DNA of 64,000 bases from Octopus bimaculoides (lineage: Eukaryota): assembly GCF_001194135.2 (NCBI RefSeq), contig NC_068981.1:25885864-25949863 (forward strand), in the 5' to 3' direction. The translations under genes were made by a program, and so were the position numbers. Below the pieces are notes generated by a model. That model was not told the origin of the DNA, made no database searches, and saw only the letters and a list, made by a program, of their open reading frames with translations. Below are positions 53,401 through 64,000 of this stretch, piece after piece (position 1 is the first letter of the stretch; each line of letters begins with the position of its first letter).

Positions 53401-54730
53401 TTCAAATTCAACTATCATTTATCTGATGACAGTTTAAGTGTTAAGCTAAGGGTTATAACACCAACGGCCGCAGTATGTGGAGTTGCGACACCAGGTACTA
53501 TAAGAAATGAGATGCAAAATATTTAAGGAAATTCACACAAATATTATTTCTTTTGTTAAGTACAGAGCATTGTTGCCCAGGTCGAAAGGGGAAAATATAC
53601 ATGAGTGGTATCTTTGGTAAATCTCTACTATCATTGATTCAGACTAACTACTTCCTTATACAAAAACATTGGATCGACATTCCGTTCGCTAAACTGCACA
53701 TTTTTGTGTAGTAGATCTAATCTATTGCACTGCTACTCTACCACCACCTGATTCTTCAGGGTTCACTATGAAACATATGCTATTGAAAGCGTTCTTCGAT
53801 CCTGAAGGTAACTAATGAGTGATGATCCCTTCTTCCTTTATTGCCATCGCTTCCGGATATCACCGTGTTGTTTTGCATGCAACCACAAACTCTAAACTAT
53901 TCTATAGATATGACCAACTGCGAATTGCTTTAGGATAAAACCCTAAAACTATTGACCAATCATTATTCAATACTTATCAAATATGCTTGCTTGTTCTTTA
54001 CGAACGTAATGATCAAGCAGATAATCTTACTCTAACGTAATTTCGTGATTTATTTCACGAGGCAATTTCATATATTACTTTAAGAAATGAAATCTTTAAC
54101 ACAGTTTTTCCTCCCCTATTATCTGTGATTTTAGAAATATCAGTTATATTTCATTAACTGGTATTAATGCAATACTTTGGTATGTACTTGTGTATACAAT
54201 GCACTGATCAGATTCACCTCATTTTCAATAGAGTGCCAGACTTTTCTCCTCTTGAGGCTGTAAAATTTTTTTCATGACACCAAAGTCTATCAAAGAACTT
54301 TTTCTCAGAAAGTCTTTTGATAGACCTGCTTATAATTTCAGACTGATAAATTTTCATGGCACAGAAATGTTTCTGAATTTTGAAGTTTATTTATGACATA
54401 TATGTCATATTTCATCTCAAATGCCATATATCATCTTGTTCTTTTTACAAATATTGTTGGACCTAAATTCTCAAATTAATATTATCTATGTACGTAAAAA
54501 GTGGACTGAACTATTTTAAAAAAATGTTTTCTTGGATCATATGATGATAAGACGTTAGTGGATACAAACATTAAGTGGAAACTTGTAAAGAAATAAGCGG
54601 GCTAAAACTCCAGACATTTGTTAGTGTCAATGATTAAATCAATATTGAATACGCCTAAGGTAGACTTTCATATAAAACTATGCAGCTGACATTTTTTCTT
54701 CACCATATTAACCACTAATACGTTGATCAC

Positions 54731-54853
54731 GCAGTGAAATTTATATTCACACTATAACGTCCTTACGTCAACGGACACAATATTAATGACTAAAACATTG
54801 ATTAGGCAGTGAAATTTATTTTTACACTATAACGTCCTTACGTCAACGGACAC
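54731..54853. repeat. 48-bp direct duplication, period 75 bp
   Basis: gcagtgaaatttat...acactataacgtccttacgtcaacggacac at 54731 and 54806. Confidence 0.85.
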
Positions 54854-56049
54854 TGTTAAAATTATAAAGATCCAGTGACGTGTGTTCATAGGTGTCGATG
54901 CAAACCTTTCACTACAACAGCCTTTGTACTCAAATACTGATAAGAAACATGCTCCTTGCCATGCGGTATTACATAAGTTGAAGCATCTACTTATCTTGGT
55001 CGCCTTTTCATGAGTTTTCCAATATTTATAGCGATGGTTCTCATATTCCTGACATCCAGTAATCTTCAAATTCTTCAAACAGTATTAACTACCGTAACAA
55101 ATGTCTAGTATTTTACAGCTTCAGTGGACATAAATTATTATTTATTTTAGACATAGAAAAAGCTACGATAATGATTTCCTATATTAGAGTTACCCAAGCC
55201 AATGTGGGTTAACTGAAGCGTGATTATTACTAGCAGAAATATAGTAGCTTAATGTCAAAAGTGAAAGAGCGCTGTTAACTTAGATGTACTTACCGCATGC
55301 TTAGTATCTATCATATCCACATTGGTTGGGTCTTAAAACATGACATAAAAGGTTGAATGTTAATCGTGGAAGGCATTTAATACGGCGCTATTGCGGTATT
55401 AATCAACTTACTGCCCCGATATAACATTTTTAAGATATTTGACATAGACACTAGGACACACAATTTTAGAAGAGCGGTAAAGACTCCATGCTCATCATTT
55501 GGTTGATATTTAATGTAGTGGTCCGAAAGTGGTCAAACATATCACTAATCTCAAAAGAATTTGAAGTCATAGCTTGAAGCAATTTAATTAAATTTGTACT
55601 ATCCTAAGGTTTTCGCTTCTTCTATTTGAGCATCTTTTCCCGTTTTGTGGAGAGACTTAAGTGGTGGAGAACAGTAATGACTACGTAGATGTGTATGCGT
55701 ATGTGTATGTATATTTCTATGTATGTGTGTCAGTATTTATGCGTGTACTAATGGGTGTTTACGTATACTTGCATGTTTAAGAAGAATTGGGAGTGGTACG
55801 ATCTTCGTTGTAATATCTTTCGATGGACATAATAAGAGATAATTGCAGATTAGAGACTGCGTGGTCCATATAATCTTACTCTGAAGTTTATCAGTGACGT
55901 TCTGATATGGTTCAAAGTGAGTGTTTAAAATGCCTATTAGATACATGTATACTGCCGGTGTCAACATATAGATAGATTCGTGTTATACTCTGATGTCTCG
56001 AGACCTGCTATTTTGGTCAGTGGCTTCTATCATGATATTAAATCTCCCA

Positions 56050-56285
56050 ATACTTTGTAATAAAAATTTGGATAAAGACCATTATAGCGACTGGGGCTGT
56101 CAGTTAAATGGCCAATCTTCTCACTGCGTGTAATGCTTATTCTGCCATAGGACCAAGGGAAGAGTACACATGTTCGTAGGACACTCAGTCATTCCCACTA
56201 TTACCCAATAGGTAGGAAATATTCCAGTTGATTGAACAACGGGAATACTCACCGAAAGCAACAAAATACGATCTACGTTTTGTGA

Positions 56286-56375
<90 letters not shown>
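56050..56375 (+). mobile_element. Probable fourth R4/Dong-like 3' end plus (TAA)n
   Basis: STHVRRTLS resembles the terminal GTAHILRxxLS motif; followed by a short UTR and a long (TAA)n at about 56287-56375. Confidence 0.45.
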
Positions 56376-56377
<2 letters not shown>

Positions 56378-56597
56378 GAAATCTTAGACAAAATGTCGTC
56401 TTTACTTGCAGGGGGATGGACTACATTATTGATTTTTGTACCTTAACCTAATGTTGCTGTTCGGGAGTAAAGTCACCTTCCACTAGATTGACTTCAGACA
56501 ACGTGGCCTTTGATTAGCTACTATAAAAGCATCACATCAACCGAGCATGCTTTATATTAATTTCCGGAGACTTTCTTTTAATTTTATAATGAGCCTA

Positions 56598-56812
56598 AGG
56601 CGGCGAGCTGGCAGGAACGTTAGCATGTCGGGCGAAATGCATAGCGGTATTTCGTCTGTCTCACATACTGAGTTCAAATTCCGTCGAGGTCGACTTTGCC
56701 TTTTACCATTTAGAGGCCGATACATTAAGTACCAGTTGCGTACTGATATCTATTTTATCGACTGGCCCCTTCCCACAAAATTTCGGGCCTTGTACCTAGA
56801 GTAGGAAAGAAA
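56598..56812 (+). mobile_element. SINE family B copy, well preserved
   Basis: ggcgagctggcagg head, B box gagttcaaattcc, tail agtaggaaag. Confidence 0.9.
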
Positions 56813-59547
56813 ATTTTATAATGAGCCTTCTAGTGTGGGTAAAAAAATACGTGTTCAATGCGATTCGAAACCTGAACATTTAAGCCGTTTCTCTATTGTA
56901 GATAAGTTAGATTCCTGCAAATCACTAGCCTGTTATTTCAAACTTCATTTCATCAATTTCATCTAATGTGTTGCACATATTAGAATCTCTGGGAGAAATA
57001 GCTGATAATTCTAACTTGCAATAACGTGTTCACCTACGTCCAAATATGTGTTACAATCACACGAGCAAGACCAACGAGAAAATTACTAATGCAAAAGTGT
57101 TTTTAAACGTACACTGTGATTGTGAACAAACCACTCTAATGTACTTTTTTCTAGCTATTTACTGCATCTATTAATTACAAAAGTTTGCATTTTCCCATGA
57201 CATATAATTCATTTCCAAACCTGAGAAACTGGAAACCTTTTGAAAAATAATTTTGTTTTGCTTTACATCAGAACTACTGATCTTTGTTCAAAGGATTGCC
57301 TGAATTGTTTTCTCTAGATAAATTAAACTGCTGTTTACACTGGATAAATTAGCTTGATTGTTACCCAGGTTAAATCAGTATGGTGTTTTCGCTAGTTTAT
57401 AATATCATATAAATATTGGCCCATTTAGTTAATTTCACATTAATGTAATATATTATTGCTTGCTTTCACTATTTCTCTCTGTCTGACTGTCTCTAGTTAA
57501 GTGTTTATTAATCGTAAAGGAAATTAAAGTGATACCGTATTTTGATCTTAATAAACTGTATAGGTCATAAACTTTGAGAATATGTCCTAGTAAAGAAATA
57601 CGATTAAGTCATTATAAGTTACTGTGTTACTGCCTGATAAAATATTTCCAAACTAAAACTCAACGTGAGTAGATAAAATCAGTCATTCCTCACCATCCCC
57701 CCGCACTCATAGTCTCTCTCTTTATCTCCTTCAGTTTAACATTCTTTTATCCTTTATTTATCTAGATATGTATCTATCCATTGCTCTATGTTTAAACGTA
57801 TCTCTCCATCTATATCTATGTATAATCTATTCTACGTCTGTCTCTCTCTATATATATATACATGGAGAGAGAAAGAAAGATANNNNNNNNNNATATATAT
57901 ATATATATACATGTATATGTATATATATTTCTATTGCTCTCCGTCATACACATTTTACTCACTCATTGTATTTCTTGGTCGTAATCCATTAAATACAACA
58001 GCAGCTTATATGGTAAATGTCAAGTTTTTCCCCAGAGAAGGCGTTGAATTACGTGACTTATAGAAACATTTAATCACATCTTATGTTCATATACAAACCA
58101 ACATTTTACTCATAGGCAATAGATATAAAAATAAAAGACAATATTGTAATTAAAGCTGCTATATTTCATTGTGTGAAGACGATTTATTTTTTTATCTTAA
58201 CGATACTTGTTTAAGTTTGAGTGTTGTGAGTGAAGAAAGAAACAGGAGATTTTTGGACTGATTACACTGCAGTAATCACTTATGTTCCTTTCTCATGTAA
58301 ACTTAAATCTAGAATTGAATTCGCTTTTCAGTCTCTTGTGACTGTGAAACCATTAAAAAGACCTGTTCAGTTATACTCAACACACACACATTATGTGTTT
58401 TTGCTAATAGAAGAAACCTATATATATATATATATATANNNNNNNNNNNNNNNNNNNNNNNNNNNNNNNNNNNNNNNNNNNNNNNNNNNNNNNNNNNNNN
58501 NNNNNNNNNNNNNNNNNNNNNNNNNNNNNNNNNNNNNNNNNNNNNNNNNNNNNNNNNNNNNNNNNNNNNNNNNNNNNNNNNNNNNNNNNNNNNNNNNNNN
58601 NNNNNNNNNNNNNNNNNNNNNNNNNNNNNNNNNNNNNNNNNNNNNNNNNNNNNNNNNNNNNNNNNNNNNNNNNNNNNNNNNNNNNNNNNNNNNNNNNNNN
58701 NNNNNNNNNNNNNNNNNNNNNNNNNNNNNNNNNNNNNNNNNNNNNNNNNNNNNNNNNNNNNNNNNNNNNNNNNNNNNNNNNNNNNNNNNNNNNNNNNNNN
58801 NNNNNNNNNNNNNNNNNNNNNNNNNNNNNNNNNNNNNNNNNNNNNNNNNNNNNNNNNNNNNNNNNNNNNNNNNNNNNNNNNNNNNNNNNNTATACACACA
58901 CAAACACAACACATACACACACACACACACACACACACGCACATATATATATATATATATAATAATTAATTAAAGTCTATCCCTATAGAAACGCCAGCGA
59001 TTAGAAATGCACAGCAACATCATGCACTAATGGACGGTTGTAGAGCGGGTCGAGATAAAAGAATATTGATCTGGGTCCTGATATCAAGTTCTGTAGTTGT
59101 AGGGCCTGAGCTAAAAATCTGAGAGATTTGAATTTCTATCTTGGCGTAAACGATAAAATAATTGTTGTTATTCTGAAGTTGGTATGACAAATTGTACCGA
59201 AAAAGACTGACATATCTAATCTAAAGTACACTCTAGGCATGGACCTGTAATTAAAATGTTCCCTTTACAAGATTCTGGTTCAGATATTAGTTTGGAGAAT
59301 ATTGGGAAAGTGCCTTTTACCGTAATTGTATAGGGAAACCTAATGAATGAAACTAATCGGACGAAAACTACGCAAAGCCCCATTAGTTTGGACTTCGTAA
59401 TTTCGCATCCACCTTTTACTCGGGTGATGGATCTAATTTACTGTAAAAGCTATACAATACAGCTGCTAAGTGGTCCTTATTTACTGCGAGAGACACGGGA
59501 AAACTTTTTCTTTTTCATAATAAAACGAAATTACTGAATGTATAAAT

Positions 59548-60237
59548 TCTTGTTTGTTCCTTCTCGAGCCATACCTAGCTCATAAGGGCCGGTTTCTCGA
59601 TTTCATTGGCGTATTGGACAGGGTGGAGGCGCAATGGCCCAGTGGTTAGGGCAGCGGACTCGCGGTCATAGGATCGCGATTTCGATTACCAGACCGGGCG
59701 TTGTGAGTGTTTATTGAGCGAAAACACCTAAAGCACCACGAGGCTCCGGCAGGGGATGGTGGTGAACCCTGCTGTACACTTTCACCACAACTTTCTCTCA
59801 CTCTTACTTCCTGTTTCTGTTGTGCCTTTAATTCAAAGGGTCAGCCTTGTCACACTGTGTCACGCTGAATATCTCCGAGAACTACGTTAAGGGTACACGT
59901 GTCTGTGGAGTGCTCAGCCACTTGCACGTTAATTTCATGGGCAGGCTGTTCCGTTGATCGGATCAACTGGAACCCTCGACGTCGTAAGCGACGGAGTGCC
60001 AACAACAACAACATAATTGGACAGAACGCCGGAAAGGACGCCTGTGAGTTGCCAGATGCACCAGGAAAGAATGAGAAAATGTTGTGGCGGAAGTGTCAAC
60101 AGAAGTTCGCCATAACCGTCTGCCAGAACCGCGTGGAGCTTAAGTGTTTCGCTCATAAACACACACATCAACCGGTCTGAGATTCGAACACACGATCGCG
60201 AGTCCGCTGCTCTGACCACTAGGTCACGTGCCTCTCC
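59548..60237 (-). mobile_element. Host SINE interrupted by a younger SINE
   Basis: 12-bp TSD gaatgtataaat at 59536-59547 and 60238-60249; tRNA-like head at 60130-60237; 3' end at 59548-59612. Confidence 0.85.
59622..60015 (+). mobile_element. SINE family A copy nested in the opposite-strand host SINE
   Basis: 9-bp TSD attggacag at 59613-59621 and 60016-60024; A/B boxes; (AAC)n tail. Confidence 0.92.
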
Positions 60238-60459
60238 GAATGTATAAATACATAAAATAATTAATACTTTAGCTTTCGAAATTGGCGAAAAAGGTCAGTT
60301 ATCTGTTGTAAAAAATAACACTATCTTGTAATATTGGCTTCAAATCGCACAGTACAGTTCTTTGGTAATGTAACATTATAAAGAGTGTCAGCGGTGAAAT
60401 TTCAATCCATATCATTACAGTTACCTTACTAATACTTAAAAAATAGATTTCATCTTACT

Positions 60460-60958
60460 TTCGTAAACCTCGGCATATTGAAACCAATATGATGCGCAAG
60501 TCCATCGGGAAGCTCATAACGATCCTTAAATGTAAGGATAGCATCTATAACCACGGGATTCTTGCTGGCCAGACGGTCAACAAAGAATACTTTCTTGGGG
60601 GTTTTGAGGGAGTTCCAGAAGTGATTTAGTCGCAAAAAGCTAGATCTCTTCCATTCGAGTCAGTGGCACCTACACCAGGACAATGTCCCAGTTCCCAAAT
60701 CATCCAGAGATCCAACTACTTGACAGAGACGCACATCACAATTGTCTCTTGGCCTCCCTACAGTCCGGATCTTGCTCCATGTAACCCCTAGTCGTTTTGA
60801 ACATATTCAGAAAATGAAGGAGACTGCAACAAGGGTCCTGGATACCTTCATTTTGGAAGACATCCATGGAGTCTTCACGAAGAGACAGTCTGTGCTCTTA
60901 TGAAATTGATAAATATCTCTCCGGTACAGTCTCAAAACTTCTGGAATTCACCTTGCAT
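60460..60958 (+). mobile_element. Mariner transposase C-terminal relic with right TIR
   Basis: GQTVNKEYFLGVL, WHLHQDNVP, WPPYSPDLAPC, then aaaacttctggaattcaccttgcata. Confidence 0.85.
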
Positions 60959-62099
60959 ACGATTGAAAGCTACATTCGGTTTATATTCTTAAAGAATGAG
61001 AAAATAGTATCTACTTACAACCGCTGAAAATATGCCTCGTGGACCTATTATTTTTATTGCTAAAACTGAAATATTAATGTGTTTTCCGATATTTTCGTCG
61101 TTAAAAAGTCATTCATGCATAACCTATTTTAAATGTTATCGTCAATCAGAAACTTTGTACGGCGAGTAACTTTCCCTTCCCTTGATAGAAGTTAAAATAA
61201 TTATAAGTGATAATGAGTAGACAAGAAATATTAATCATTCAAACATCGTTATTAACTCAAATAGACAGCACTTAATTGATACCTCAAGTCCATAATATTA
61301 TAGGAAAACAAAATCAGTATTTTATATGTAGAACAACAACATTAGGTGTAAAGAAGAAGCCTCTATATTAACAAATAGAAAGCAATAATTATGAATTTTG
61401 ATGGATTTCTTACTCCATCATTTTTTAAGCGTATCTCAGTGAAATGTACTTCTAACGTATGCGTTGCTATTAATTACGATTCAGATATTTCCAATCTACC
61501 AAGGGGAAACTCACATATTTTCCTAACATTATTATACACTCATCATTTGTTATTACTTTATAACTTGGACATGAAGAGACTTTAGATCAAACTGCCGCCA
61601 AGCCTGTTAATTGGAAATTCATTTTATATTGCTTCATTGACAAACCTGTAATTTTATCCCGGTCAGAATATCGCTCTTCCCCTGCCTGTGTGGTTGTCTG
61701 TCGCTGTCTGTTTGTATGTCTTCCTCTGTGTGTGTATGTGTGTATGCATATATATATATATATATATATAAAATTTAGATTCAAAGTGAATATGGTACTT
61801 AAGTTTAGGCACCAGAATTTAGTATGGTACTATCCAAACAATTCCAAAAACTAAGGTGATCAAAAATCAAAATAAGCAACAAGGATATTCAAGATTACTG
61901 CAGTACGATCGCTTCATGCGACTCCAGTTAGTTAAGCAATGCGAGCATTACATTAAATGCAATATGCAGAGCAATCTTCAAATTCACAAAGATACAGAAA
62001 ATTTACTGAAATTTCATTTCAGTAGAAGGACATATTACTGTTGTAAGTACATTTAAACAATCCTAGCCTGTTTGCTTTGGCTAAGTCAAAATGTTTTTT

Positions 62100-64000
62100 T
62101 ATATTTTTCCTTCCCACATGCAGTAAATCCCTATAAATAGCACTCGTGGAAACCCGTCTGAGCCCTGATATAGAGGATGCAGAAGTACAAGTACTAAAAA
62201 ATACCATACTGCGAATAGATAGAAGTGAAAGGAGCCATGAGGTCTTACTCTCATACACAAATTTAGTATTTGACAATCTAATTGTATACATAGGACAACA
62301 CACTATAGTCATATGCGATACATATTGCCCACAGGATGCTCCAAGCCACATAAGCAAGTGTGAAGGTTGCTTCACAATAGTTAAAGAAATCCTCATGAAA
62401 TTGGAACACCACGTGAGCTTATTTGTTATGGATGATTTCAACTTCTCCAATGTCAAATGGACCGAAGACTTCATGCTCTCAGGAAACAAGAACTGGTGGA
62501 GTTTTTGCATAGCCTCACTAATGCCTTATACATGGAGCAAGTTGTGCTCAGACCAACTAGTGCAAATATTTTGGATTTATGCTTCACAAACAATATGGTC
62601 ATCGTTCATGATGTGAAAGTGACGCTGACATTAGTCTCGTATCACAAATATCAGAGCTGTCTATGTATGGACCAAATGTAGCGAGAGGAATACAGCCTAA
62701 AGGAAGCACCCGAAATATCTCCGATCTGAACTTCCACAAATCAGACTGGAAATCGATGCGAAAAGAGATCGTCTGACAGGACTGGCCGCAATGTCTCTCC
62801 TACCAGACATTGACAAGAAACTAGAATATTTCATGTCTGTTATGCAAACTATATGCCAGAAATATGTATGTTCCAGAGCACAAGGCCAACACAAAAAAGG
62901 AACAAGATTCCAAGGGAGAGGAAGATCCTCATGAGACAACAGACGAAGGTTGAAAATAGCTTCAACCAACATTCCAAAAGTAGCGAAAGGTCCCGCCTAA
63001 AACAATACTGATGGAAACTGAAAAAAGCCTGCAACAATATTATGAGAGAGAGTGCACACAAAGAAGCCGGGGTTATAAAAAAAAACATTAAATCAAACTC
63101 AAAATTCTTCTTTCATTATGCGAAAGAAACAGCCTCAGTACGCTGCAAGATAGGACTCCTCTTCCGAAAGGATGGCTCTCTAACAGATAGTCCAACCAGG
63201 ATCAGGGAGGTACTGAACGACAAGTTCAAAAGTGCCTTTACTACCCCGTTGGAACACAGACAAGTGAACGATCCAGTGGATTTCTTTGCCGTCTCACCTA
63301 TAACCAGCGAGGCAGTTACGATGGATTACATCGACATTAGCGAAGAAGATATACTACTAACAAAATGAAGTGGACGCAAACTCAACTGTTGGTCCTAATG
63401 ATTTACCAACAGTCCTCCTCAAATCGTGTAAGCATGCCCAGGCGAAACTACAACAGATTCTCTTCCAGAGCTTTCTCGCAAATGGCACGCTGCCATGCAA
63501 ATGAAGCAAGGTATACTATGCCCAATCCATAAAGGTGGAAGTAGAACAGATGCCAAAAGTTATAGACCTATCTCTCTAACTTTACACGTCAGCAATGTCA
63601 TGGAACTGATAGCCAGAGGGGAAACTAATCGCATTCCTTGAAGAAAACAACTTGCTTAGTGATACTCAGCATGGTCTTCGACCAGGTAGGAGCTGCCTGA
63701 CCCAACTCTTACAGCACTATGACTGGGTGTTGAGGCAGTTACTGAAAAACTCAAATGTGGACGTAACAGTAACATGACTTTGTAAAAGTTTTTGATAAAG
63801 TGGATCATAGTATGATATGCCACAAACTGCGTGATCATGGCATAGCTGAAAAACTTGGAGAGTGGTTACATGACTTTCTGAAAAGATAGAAGTCTGGCAG
63901 TAGTGGCCAATGGAACCACCTAAATGCAAACACAAAGAGTGAGCAATGTTCCACAAGGCATTGTCTTGGGACCACTGCATTTCATAGTGGTTCTCTCAAT
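62100..64000 (+). mobile_element. CR1/L2-type LINE ORF2 relic (endonuclease plus RT), running off the window
   Basis: VETRLSPDI, LRIDRSER, MDDFNFSNVKW, NSKFFFHYAK, YRPISLT, QHGLRPGRSCLTQLL, FDKVDH and VPQGIVLGPL, with several stops and frameshifts. Confidence 0.9.

Noticed and set aside
59625-59700. tRNA-like sequence (also 14355-14430)
   Set aside because: A/B boxes are present but there is no complete cloverleaf; it continues into a SINE body with tail and TSD.
62146-63368. 156-aa and 108-aa ORFs as host genes
   Set aside because: Fragments of the CR1/L2-type LINE ORF2.

Overview
AT-rich animal genomic DNA, dense in microsatellites and retroposon relics, with 7 assembly gaps (about 2.8 kb of N). 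The repeat landscape (tRNA-derived SINEs, RTE/CR1/R4 LINE relics, mariner relics, long TA/CA/TCTA tracts) looks like an octopod cephalopod; this is inference, not proof. Only one host gene is supported: the 3' half of a two-pore-domain (K2P/TWiK-type) potassium channel on the minus strand. Two exons are resolved with matching splice phases (35369-35604 and 31197-31634). The exons encoding M1 and the start of pore 1 were not found, so they lie beyond 64000 or inside a gap. Nearly all other ORFs in the supplied track are microsatellite, gap or transposon artefacts. The most structured unexplained signals are: (1) several R4/Dong-like retrotransposon pieces whose junctions sit at (TAA)n tracts and which are stacked in one another's tails; (2) minimal hammerhead-ribozyme-like motifs of the Penelope type, two of which share a non-canonical U at core position 6; (3) a 68-bp direct-repeat module associated with further hammerhead-like cores; (4) a nested SINE-in-SINE with both target-site duplications intact; (5) several fold-back elements. 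Nothing here proves a new biological system. All alignments and translations were done by eye and repeat boundaries are approximate.
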